Below are positions 1 through 9,900 of a stretch of 39,348 nt of DNA, piece after piece. This DNA is from Octopus bimaculoides (Eukaryota): positions 143,799,381-143,838,728 of the forward strand of contig NC_068983.1 of assembly GCF_001194135.2 (NCBI RefSeq), given 5' to 3'. Both the position numbers and the translations under genes were made by a program. Numbering within the stretch: position 1 is the first letter of the stretch; each line of letters begins with the position of its first letter. The notes under the pieces are model-generated. The model was not told the origin of the DNA. It saw nothing but the letters and a program-made list of their open reading frames with translations, and searched no databases.

Positions 1-219
1 CACCATTTCGAGCGTGGCCGTTTTCGTGCGGGTGACACGTAAAAGCACCCACTACATTCTCTGAGTGGTTGGTGTTAGGAAGGGCATCCAGCTGTAGAAA
101 CTCTGCCAAATTCGATTGGAGCCTGGTGTTGCCATCCGGTTTCACCAGTCCTCAGTCAAATCGTCCAACCCATGCTAGCATGGAAAGCGGACGTTAAACG
201 ATGATGATGATGATGATGA
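1..219 (+). mobile_element. RTE-clade LINE 3' end (3' UTR plus (GAT)n tail), cut by the window edge
   Basis: Reverse complement of 5889-6132 with about 7 substitutions in ~200 bp; that copy lies across an N-gap from RTE-like ORF2 C-terminal coding sequence. Ends in (GAT)n. Confidence 0.8.
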
Positions 220-677
220 TACATGCATACATTTATTATCATCACCGTCATCATTGTTTGTAGCTTTTTTAAAATGAAAATATTGACCTACTTTTAATAC
301 AACCTGTATTTCCTATTTGTGTGTGCATTTGTGCACTCACACTACCCACTTTACAACCTTTTGTGTGATTCTTCTTATGTACTGGCTTGAAATCCTGTTT
401 GTATTTATAACTACTCATAATCATTGGGAGTTTGGTATTATTATTTGCACTGCTAACACAAAAGTAAGGCACAGTACTGACTTGTAAACTTTTAATATAC
501 TCGGTAGTATATTAGAGTTTCGAAATAAAATATTGTATCCTTGCTAGCAATTAATATTTGTGCATCAGCTGCTAGGAATATGTTTCATATGTAAATTGGT
601 CTGTCCTATTGTATTATACCACTAGACGTACTGGGAATTTGAGAAATATGTTTGGGGATAGTTGATGATTTGGATGT

Positions 678-722
678 GGTGCTGATGAAAGAGTAATAAC
701 TCCTGAAATTTATATATTCACC
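678..722 (+). ncRNA. Type I hammerhead-ribozyme-like motif (degenerate)
   Basis: GGTG-CTGATGA-AA-GAGT aata ACTC-CT-GAAA-T ttatat A-TT-CACC: stem I GGTG/CACC, core CUGAUGA/GAAA, stem II hairpin, AUU cleavage triplet. Stems are short. Confidence 0.45.
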
Positions 723-1094
723 TTCTACCTATTTTTTCTATCTTTGATCTCATTGTCTACATTGTAAACAATGAGTTCAAAGTAGAAAAAGTATGAAACA
801 ACGTTAAATGATGATTATGATGATGATGATGTGATTTACCACTAGCCTTCCTTGCCAGCACTGCTTGAGCAGGGTTTTTTTTCTTTTGATCATAGGTGTT
901 CTACACATAACCATCCCGTGTCTTTAAGAGTGTCTCTGAAACATTATCCATTGTGTTCTTTCTGTTTTTTCATGTGGTTGGATGTTGACTAAGGAAAATT
1001 TTGTTGCTCTTTCTTGCAACAGGTTAACAAATATAGATGCATGTTAGATATGTAGGAACACGAATATAATTCCACGTTATATCGTACAATCATC

Positions 1095-1422
1095 ATCATC
1101 ATCATCATTATTATTTTATGTTTGACTTTTGCTTTGCATTTGTACAAGTTAGCTCCAAGTCTCACCCAGAGACCTCAAGAGACAATAAGTTAGAAGTTTA
1201 TGTTGGTGTTATGCATAGGGTGCCATATATTTGGTTTTGTACATAGTGTTGTTCTAGAGAATGTTTAAGAAACCATAAGAAAATTATGTGTTTGCTTTAA
1301 AATTTGAGATTACATAGGCAGTATTTTACGTAGGATATGGGCAGTTCCCATGAGCACTATCATTTGAATTTCTGCCATTTTGGGGTTTCCTGGTATCTAA
1401 GCTAGGTAGCAATCAGCCATTA
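1095..1422 (-). mobile_element. R4/Dong-like (RLE-type) non-LTR retrotransposon 3' end
   Basis: Minus strand reads ADCYLA*IPGNPKMAEIQMIVLMGTAHILRKILPM* (stop ~1310), matching the GTAHILRK C-terminus of R4/Dong-type elements; followed by a 3' UTR and an (AAT/GAT)n tail. Confidence 0.7.
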
Positions 1423-1426
1423 TTGT

Positions 1427-1427
<1 letters not shown>

Positions 1428-1480
<53 letters not shown>
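1428..1480. repeat. (TAC)n microsatellite
   Basis: Direct reading. Confidence 0.95.
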
Positions 1481-1605
1481 AGTGGCAAGCTGGCAGAATC
1501 ATTAGCATGTTGGGCATTCTATCTTTATGTTCTGAGTTCAAATTCTGCCAAGGTCGGTTTTGACCTTCAGCTTTTTGGGGTGGGTAAAATAAGTACTAGT
1601 TGAGC
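1481..1605 (+). mobile_element. tRNA-derived SINE family A, partial
   Basis: A-box-like TGGCAGAATC, B-box-like GTTCAAATTC, body AAGGTCGGTTTTGACCTT...AAATAAGTAC shared with the copies at 9216-9900, 23418 and 26000-26420. Confidence 0.8.
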
Positions 1606-2002
1606 TTTTTAACTCCTCTGTAACTCTCTCTGTTCACTTTCCTTATCCACTTATAATCTGGAAGTTGCACTCCACTGTTGCTGTTGTTGTTGTTGTCTTT
1701 GTTTGTTTGTTTGTTTATTTTAAGTAATTATTGATATCTAAATTCAAATCTTTCCTAATTAACTTTTCTGACAGGATTCTTTTTATATTTGGCAACTACT
1801 CATGGTAATGAATCTAGAGCTTGTAAAAGCTCTGAGCTATGTAAGAAACCAGTTTATTAAGTACATAAAAGTTATTTTTATAAGATGGTGAGACTAGTTT
1901 TATTTAACACTTGCATAATTATTTGGTAATAAATCTTGTACTGTTGGAAGGCATGTAGCTAAATAGCTAGGGATGTTCAACCTCACAGTCATAAGCTTTT
2001 GG

Positions 2003-2174
2003 ACATTATTTACATTGGATGGATATTTATCCTCATCTTGTTGTTAACACAACTTTTCGGTTGATATACCCTCCGGCCTTCATCAGGTATCTTGGGGGAA
2101 ATTTCGAACCTGGGTTCTCATTCCTAAGGTATTTTTTGATGTTGTTGTTGTTGTTGTTATTGTTATTGTTGTTG

Positions 2175-2214
<40 letters not shown>

Positions 2215-2285
2215 AAGATGAGGACAAATATCCATTAAATGTAAATAGTGTACGTGATTCCTCATCTCTTAAAATATAGAACTGC
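2003..2285. mobile_element. Hammerhead-bearing interspersed repeat: two truncated copies joined in inverted orientation around a (TTG/TTA)n tract
   Basis: 2003-2041 and 2213-2251 are inverted repeats (35/39). Minus strand 2047-2090 reads ATAC-CTGATGA-A-GGCCGG...CAACC-GAAAAGTT-GTGT. Confidence 0.65.
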
Positions 2286-2610
2286 ATAATCTTTTGGATT
2301 TGATTCCTGGACCGATTAATGTATTGCTGCTATTACTTATTTTTTTATGATGATGTAACATATTAAGATCAATCTTATTGATTTTGTTAGAAGATATGTT
2401 ACCCTTATACATGGCCCTCCCCCTCTCTCTCTTTCATACTTTATACTTGTGATATTGTAGCACACCAGGCTGTTTGATGTCGCTGTCTTGCATTTAGATA
2501 TCTCATCCTCCCCCCCCTTTCTCTTTACACATTCCTACTTATGTAACATTTTAGACCTATGTCATCAGCTTACCACCTGTCATCCTCATACACATATGCA
2601 TATGTGTGCG

Positions 2611-2612
<2 letters not shown>

Positions 2613-2672
<60 letters not shown>
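2613..2672. repeat. (CA)n(CT)n compound microsatellite
   Basis: Direct reading. Confidence 0.95.
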
Positions 2673-2675
<3 letters not shown>

Positions 2676-2724
2676 GATGAATCATACATACTAAATGGAA
2701 TATTGAGAGTGTTGGATAGAATGT

Positions 2725-2835
2725 TTAGTATTTGTCCTTCCTGGCTTTTGGTGCTCAGAGTTCAAATCTTGCTAAAGGTAACTTTGCCATTTATCCTCCC
2801 AGGGTCAATAAATAAAACCCTTGTCAAGAACTGTA
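2725..2835 (+). mobile_element. SINE family A, 5'-truncated
   Basis: GAGTTCAAATCTTGCTAAAGGTAACTTTGCCATTTATCC matches the family A body. Confidence 0.65.
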
Positions 2836-3544
2836 TTTGAGCCTTATATCCTTCTGTTTGTCTGACCATCTGACTGTCTCCCACACCTCCGCATGCACAC
2901 ACATAACACTGACTACATTCCACTGTGAGAAGGGCTTTGANNNNNNNNNNNNNNNNNNNNNNNNNNNNNNNNNNNNNNNNNNNNNNNNNNNNNNNNNNNN
3001 NNNNNNNNNNNNNNNNNNNNNNNNNNNNNNNNNNNNNNNNNNNNNNNNNNNNNNNNNNNNNNNNNNNNNNNNNNNNNNNNNNNNNNNNNNNNNNNNNNNN
3101 NNNNNNNNNNNNNNNNNNNNNNNNNNNNNNNNNNNNNNNNNNNNNNNNNNNNNNNNNNNNNNNNNNNNNNNNNNNNNNNNNNNNNNNNNNNNNNNNNNNN
3201 NNNNNNNNNNNNNNNNNNNNNNNNNNNNNNNNNNNNNNNNNNNNNNNNNNNNNNNNNNNNNNNNNNNNNNNNNNNNNNNNNNNNNNNNNNNNNNNNNNNN
3301 NNNNNNNNNNNNNNNNNNNNNNNNNNNNNNNNNNNNNNNNNNNNNNNNNNNNNNNNNNNNNNNNNNNNNNNNNNNNNNNNNNNTATGTATGTATATTTAT
3401 ATATAAATATAATTAAGGGATCACCAACAGTTGCTTCACCACATACCGAAGTTCAGAAATAGCAGCTAAAGTGCTGAAACTCCAACAGATAGCAATACTT
3501 GTAACTCACAAAGGCAAAATAACGAAACTAACCAGTCTTAGTTA

Positions 3545-3604
3545 ATCATAGACGCGTTTCTGGCTTAGAAAAGTGAAAACTTTTCATTTCCTCATCAGTA
3601 TGAT
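3545..3604 (-). ncRNA. Type I minimal hammerhead ribozyme motif, probably in a Penelope-type pseudo-LTR remnant
   Basis: Minus strand ATCATA-CTGATGA-[ggaaatgaaaagttttcacttttctaagcca]-GAAACGCGTC-TATGAT: perfect 6-bp stem I, intact core, palindromic ACGCGT stem III, GUC cleavage triplet. Closure of stem II is imperfect. Confidence 0.7.
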
Positions 3605-3909
3605 ATTCCAGTTTGCAAATCCCCCCCTCTCCTCCTCCTCCTCCCCCTTCAGGTCATGATTATGACCCTGATGCTTTAACCACTGAGCCATGTGCCTCCA
3701 CATTAGTTTTCAGTATATTAATACAATAAAGTGTACCCTGATGATCATTTCTGGTTAAGCATCCATATGCTCTTGGAACACTCAGTGCTGGGGTTGTCTA
3801 AACAACCATAGTGATGAAATGTGTGTAGGAACTAATATTGATTTCAGATTTTGGCACAAGGCCAGCAGTTTTGAGGTAGGGGCTAAGTCAATTAAATTGA
3901 CCCTGGTGC

Positions 3910-3912
<3 letters not shown>

Positions 3913-3961
<49 letters not shown>

Positions 3962-4270
3962 ATGTCCAATTTCCATGCTGGCATGGATCGGACAGTTTGA
4001 CAAAAGCTGGTCAGTTGGAGAGCTGCCCAGGTTCCATATCTGTTTTGATATCTGGGTTCCATACCTGTTTCCATATCATGTCAGTTGGAGAGCTCCCCGG
4101 GTTAAATATCTACAGCTGGATGCACTTCCTAATACTAACCACTCAAAGATTGTAGTGGGTGCTTTTATGAAACACTGGCTTTATCAACCCCCAAAAAGTT
4201 GAATGGTGAAATTTGAGCTCAGAATGTGAAGACAGACAAAACGCTGCCAAGCATTTAGCCCAACGTTAAC
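3913..4270 (-). mobile_element. Older RTE-family 3' end copy
   Basis: (CAT)n tail at 3913-3960, then TTTCCATGCTGGCATGG and CTACAGCTGGATGCACTTCCTAAT...GTAGTGGGTGCTTTTATG, homologous to 5889-6132. Confidence 0.7.
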
Positions 4271-4329
4271 AATTCTGCAATTAATAGGAACTAAGAATAT
4301 TAACTTTTGTTTATATCTTGATATCTCCT

Positions 4330-4500
4330 CTGTGTGTGTGTGTGTGTGTGTGTATGTGTGTGTCCCTAACCATTACTTGGCAACTGGTGTTGGTTTGTTT
4401 ACATCCCTGTACTGAGCTTGATTCGTTCAATTAAACCTTTCAAGGCAGTGGTCCAGCATGGCTGCAGTTCAGTGACACAGAAGTAAAAGAAGTCGAAAAA
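4330..4500 (+). mobile_element. SINE family B, 3' part (internal (TG)n)
   Basis: (TG)n, then CCTTTCAAGGCAGTGGTCCAGCATGGCTGCAGT...AAGTAAAAG; the same motif is inverted at ~4795-4850. Confidence 0.65.
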
Positions 4501-4794
4501 AATGCTGCAGGAACTGTTCAAAAATAGACCAGTGTGCAAGACTGTACAGAACAGAAATAAAAGAAAAGAAAGAAAGAAAGAAAGAAAGACAGAAACATAC
4601 TAAACTATTTGATATACTTAACAAATGGGTAAACAACACTTTTGAAGGTAGTTTTAGATATAATGGTGTAATTTGTTTGAGTTAGTTGATACCTCTTGCT
4701 CTCAATGAAATCTTCCTGTCCCAATTTTGAATTTCCCGACAAAGCCTATCTTCAGTTAAATTGAAGGTGCTGACCTGCAAGGAAGACTTTTATT

Positions 4795-5190
4795 TATCCT
4801 TTTCTTGTTTTAATCATTGGACTGTGGCGATACTGGAGCACCATGATTTTAATTGAACAAATTAACCCCAGTACTATTTTTTTGCTTTAAAGTCTTGTAT
4901 TTATTCTATTGGCCCCTTTTGCCAAACAGCTAAGTTACAGGTACACAAACCAACCAACAGCATTTGTCTAGTGGGGTGGGTGGGGGTAACAAAGACAAAC
5001 ACAGATATGGAGGTACAGACATCTATGTTTGCCTGACTGCTTGCTTGCCTATTTCCTACCTACCTACCTGTCTGTCTGTCTGATGGGCTTCCACACAGTT
5101 TCTGTCCATCAAATTCATTCACAAGGCATTGGTTAGCCCAGGGCTCTAGTAAAAGACACCTGCCCGAGTTGCTATGAAGTGGAATAAACC
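4795..5190 (-). mobile_element. SINE family B, degenerate near-full copy
   Basis: Inverted homologue of 4330-4500 (TCCTTTTCTTGTTTTAATCATTGGACTGTGGC...GGAGCACC) extended by CAAATTCATTCACAAGGCATTGGTT...AAGACACCTGCCC, similar to 27040-27400. Confidence 0.6.
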
Positions 5191-5888
5191 TGAAGCCATA
5201 TTGTTGTTGTTTAGTCTCAAATCATCTCTGATGAAGCAAACCTGTGATAAAAAGCCTCCCACCTCTGATCATCTATCCTTTATTCAAGCATAGTGCCATC
5301 TAGAATTATAATACTCAATAAGTACTTACTTCTTTAAGGTAATAGGATGTGGTTTAATGAAGACTTGGCTGTTATTACTCGCAGCTTCAACTACTATACT
5401 CTTACTTTGATGCTCTTACAGTGACTTGAAAAGATTGTTAATAAGATATGGTATTTTGTGATGGTTTACACTGCTTGCTTGCAACATCTTTTTCATATTT
5501 GTGCAGAAATCAGAAAAAAAAAAATCTATTTTATTTTACTATGTCTTAGTTAATGGAGTACTTGGAAAGGACTTACCTGGAATGCTGCATCAATACCACT
5601 AGTAATGATAATATAATAATGAAATGTACTTCCTTTTTTTCAACTACAAACTATTTTATCTTTATAAGAAAACTTTGTAGAATGTTGAATTCAACTTAAT
5701 TAGTTTGTGTCTTGAATTGAAATAGTACTTATTATACATAGCTATCAATGACTAAATACTTTCAGAACTTTATTTTATGATACTTTTCACTCAAGTTCCT
5801 CAATTTCACTTAGTTTAATCTAGTTACTTAGTTTAATCTAGACAAAATGTTCTCCCTTTTAATAGTAAACTCATCTGGAACAAACCAC

Positions 5889-6632
5889 ATCATCATCATC
5901 ATCATCATCATCATCGTTTAACGTCCGCTTTCCATGCTAGCATGGGTTGGACGATTTGACTGAGGACTGGTGAAATCGGATGGCAACACCAGGCTCCAGT
6001 CTGATTTGGCAGAGTTTCTACAGCTGGATGCCCTTCCTAACGCCAGCCACTCAGAGAGTGTAGTGGGTGCTTTTACGTGTCACCCGCACGAAAACGGCCA
6101 CGCTCGAAATGGTGTCTTTTATGTGCCACCCGNNNNNNNNNNNNNNNNNNNNNNNNNNNNNNNNNNNNNNNNNNNNNNNNNNNNNNNNNNNNNNNNNNNN
6201 NNNNNNNNNNNNNNNNNNNNNNNNNNNNNNNNNNNNNNNNNNNNNNNNNNNNNNNNNNNNNNNNNNNNNNNNNNNNNNNNNNNNNNNNNNNNNNNNNNNN
6301 NNNNNNNNNNNNNNNNNNNNNNNNNNNNNNNNNNNNNNNNNNNNNNNNNNNNNNNNNNNNNNNNNNNNNNNNNNNNNNNNNNNNNNNNNNNNNNNNNNNN
6401 NNNNNNNNNNNNNNNNNNNNNNNNNNNNNNNNNNNNNNNNNNNNNNNNNNNNNNNNNNNNNNNNNNNNNNNNNNNNNNNNNNNNNNNNNTCCACGGGCTC
6501 CCTCAACTGTTAGGGTGTGGCACTTTTTCACGCAGCTATCCTCATCCATTCTCACCACATGTCCATACCAGCGCAATCGTCTCTCTTGCACGCCACAACT
6601 GATGCTTCTAATGTTCAGCTTTTCTCTCAAGT
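5889..6632 (-). mobile_element. 5'-truncated RTE-clade LINE (ORF2 C-terminus plus 3' UTR), spanning an N-gap
   Basis: Minus ORF 6073-6630 begins REKLNIRSISCGVQERRLRWYGHVVRMDEDSCVKKCHTLTVEGARG, the RTE RT C-terminal 'RLRWYGHV.RM' motif; (CAT)n tail at 5889-5915. Confidence 0.85.
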
Positions 6633-6705
6633 GTTCAGCTTTTCTCTCAAGTGTTCAGCTTTTCTCTCAAGTGTTCAGCTTTTCTCTCAAGTGTTCAGCT
6701 TTTCT
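6613..6705. repeat. 20-bp tandem repeat GTTCAGCTTTTCTCTCAAGT x4.6
   Basis: Four perfect units at 6613, 6633, 6653 and 6673 plus a partial unit from 6693. Confidence 0.95.
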
Positions 6706-6916
6706 GTTCAATAGTAATGATAATAATGATTTCTTTTATTGGCCACAAGAGCTCATTCTGTGATTGAAATGGGGTGAATGAAACTCTTTTAGAAGACACT
6801 TGGATATATCTGCCAAACAATAGTTACAATTTCAGCAGCCAAAAACAGCAAAGGACAAGCAAAATTAGAAGAAACTCACCAGTGATGATTGAAGCGTGGA
6901 TTCCATGTGTGATGCC

Positions 6917-6957
<41 letters not shown>

Positions 6958-7199
6958 GAATAATAATAATAATGATAATAATGATAAAAATAAAACCCTC
7001 ATAACAATGATCTTTCCATAAAACACTGGTGGTAGTGTAAACCTAAAGTCAGTAGCCTCATATAAATGTTTTATGCCAAACTTAAATTTACAAAACAACA
7101 GTGCAATGAGACTTGAGCCTTTGGTGAAGGTTTCTTGCCTCATAGGTACTTTGTAGTTCAGTAGCACAGGCCTGATCATCATCCTGTTTTTGTTATGTG

Positions 7200-7350
7200 A
7201 AAAGTAGTGTTGACAAAGAAGTCAACAAGAAAGTAATGGAAGGCTACTTAAGAAGCAGAACCAAAGAAATGAGAATTCTGGAAAAGAATGCTGAACATTT
7301 GGAATGTATGGGGGTATTTAATCTCAGAGGAGAAGAACTTATAAATTAAG
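7200..7350 (+). mobile_element. Possible CR1/L2-like RT C-terminal fragment
   Basis: RSRTKEMRILEKNAEHLECMGVFNLRGEEL weakly resembles the 'RRATKMI..L...Y.ERL..LGLFSL..RR' end of CR1/L2. Highly decayed. Confidence 0.3.
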
Positions 7351-7479
7351 TGTTGTGTATCAGGAATGGTAAAATATCTCTCTGATTTAGAAATTGAAAC
7401 AGTACAAAGATCAGCCAATAATATTCAGCAGCCAGTTTCTACATCTTTCATTCATCGCCATCATCATTCATCATATTCA

Positions 7480-8030
7480 GCCATTATTTGTTCACTGTTA
7501 TGCGAGGACATCTTTAAGTAGGTGTCAGTTGGAATCATTCTGTGCTGTTTTTCTCCCTGTAATACTCATAAAATTATCTATTTCATCTGTTTATGTTGTC
7601 CTGTCTTTCCTGATGTAGCAAACCTCTTTTCTTCAGTCTCTGTTCTCTACACAGTTTTGTCTCTCTCTTGTTATTTGTTTGAACTGCATGCTTTTTCCAG
7701 CTCTATTTTCTCATAATATGTTTTATGATATCTTGTACTATTTATTGCTTACTATTCTATCCATTCTCAAACTTTCCAGCTTTAGTCATTCCTAATAAGC
7801 ATTTTTTATACTACTTTGTGTTCTCCTAAGTTTTTAGTTATCGATCACGTCTCTTTTCCATATTTTTTTGCTCTTATGACCAGTGCAGGATAAAATACTC
7901 TGCACTTCAGGCACAGTGGCATCTTTTCCTGATGTTAATTTATGAAAAGCACTTGTGCCATCTCAGATCCCTCTCTACTTCTCCAAAATGGCTGTATCCC
8001 ACTTTTACTAGTTCTCCAAAATAATTTTTG
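7480..8030 (-). mobile_element. Heavily decayed RTE-like LINE 3' fragment
   Basis: Minus-strand pieces KLRRTQSS, MDRIVS and VQDIIKHIMRK*SWKKHAVQT resemble RTE 'KLRTTQRAMER...DRIRN...V.DII..I.KLKW.WAGH'. Multiple stops and frameshifts. Confidence 0.5.
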
Positions 8031-9215
8031 TATTTGTTAGCTCTTATTATTATAGGTGGACGTCACAAAAACCATACCAAAGTAGACTGTGGAGCACGAT
8101 GCTGTCCTTTGACCCGTCGGCTCCTATCAAATAGTTCAACCCATGCCAACATGGAACATGGACATTAAATGATGATTGATGATTGAATAGTCAGCTATCT
8201 ATTACAGTTTTATATGTTCAAAAACCATGCAAACCGAGATATACTCTGGTCTACAGTCAATAAAGTCTGTTATGCTATGGAAGATAACGTTCTACGTAGT
8301 CGAAACAAATTAGATATTTTTTTAAACATTACTTTCAAATTATTTGTAATCTTCATTTATTGGAATGTTTTTATGAAATTTAAATCTTTTAATTTGTAAA
8401 AGTCTAACAAATGTTATCTCCCTTGAAATAGGTGTGTCGTTAAAAAGAGTAATCTCCCTTGAATTGGATAACGTCAAAAAAAAAAACAATTTTTTAAAAA
8501 TTAAAATTACCAGTATAACTTTAAAATAGAGAGTTTCTAAATTAAAGCTATATTTTTTTGCATCGCTATTATCATTCTCCCTTGATTATTTGCTTATCGA
8601 ACTTAGAATCTCCGAAACATATAATGCCAGGGAGCCATACTCAATCATATTTTAACTTCTGGCCCACAGATTTACTGTCTCCCCTTTATGCTTTATTTCA
8701 TTGCCAAGACAGTGACCTCTTCATCTTGGTGTTGGCTGTTACCTCCACTCAAGAACTGCCACTGTTGTCACCAATACTGTGTCTACACCTTGCTGGGTCA
8801 CCACCATAAACACGATGCTTAGTCCTTCATACCTGGACTGTCAGCCACTAAAATACTTCTCTGCACATATTTTTCTGCAGCTGTTGATTTGCAACTTGGC
8901 AAGTGTAACCATGTTAATCTCAGTCTCAGAGGGCTTGAGAAAGACATAAGGGCCTCCTCCCCTCCTCCTCCTCCTCCTCCTCCTCCTCATCGTCATCATC
9001 ATCTAACGTCCATGTCTCATACTGGCATGGGTTGGACTACTGGCATATGTTATTCCTGACTAAACCAGTGAAAGAAGGAAAAAAAAATTTCTTTTGTTTG
9101 TTCTTCATTTAATGTTAATTCAAATATTTCTTTTGATTTTGTAAGACAATGGATGTTGTGTTGCATAGTGAATATAGTTTTTTTCTGCTTTTCCTTTTTT
9201 TCTTCTTCTCTTCTG

Positions 9216-9900
9216 TCAGAGTCGTTAGTAAACGGGATGAAATGCTTAGCAGTATTTCACCTGTTGCTACATTCTGATTTCAAATTCCACTGAGATCAAT
9301 TTTGCCTTTTATCCTTTCGGAGTTGATAAATTAAGTACCAGTGAAACACTGGGGTTGATGTAATCGACTAGTCCCCTCCCTCTAAGTTTCAGGCCTTGTG
9401 CCTATAGTAGAAAGGATTATTATTACTGTGGTTGTTGTTATGAGCTGGCAGAATTGTTAGCACACTGGACACAAAACTTAGTGATAGTTCTAGCTTTATG
9501 TTCTGAATTCAAATTACACCAAGGTCAACTTTGCTTTTCATCCTTTTGAGGTTGATAAAATAAGTACCAGCTAAGCACTGGTATCAATGTAATTAATTTC
9601 CCCCTCCCCTTAAAATATTGCTGACCCAGTACTGAAATTTGAAACTATTATCATTATTATTATTATTAATTTGGTGAGCTGGCAGAATTGTTAGCACAAA
9701 ATGCTTAGCGGTATTGTGCCTGTTGCTATGTTCTGAGTTCAAATTCTGCCAAGGTCAACTTTACTTTTCATCCTTTTGTGGTTGATAAAATAAGTACCAG
9801 TTGAACACTGGGGTCAATGTAACCAACTCACACCGTCTTCCGAAACTGTTGCACTTGTGGCGTAATTTGAAACTATTATTATTATTATTATCATTATTAT
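9216..9900 (+). mobile_element. Three head-to-tail SINE family A copies
   Basis: Copies at ~9216-9425, 9441-9670 and 9672-9900, each with GAATTGTTAGC...GTTCAAATT...CTTTCATCC...GATAAAATAAGTACCAG and a (TAT)n tail. Confidence 0.85.

Noticed and set aside
3738-3790. CTGATGA hits at ~3738 and ~5228
   Set aside because: No downstream stem II plus GAAA; not hammerheads.
6613-6705. Short regular repeat as a possible CRISPR array
   Set aside because: No spacers, eukaryotic context; a simple tandem repeat.
8600-8940. GC-richer stretch with ORF 8558-8809
   Set aside because: No recognisable protein in any frame and no convincing splice sites; probably old LINE debris.
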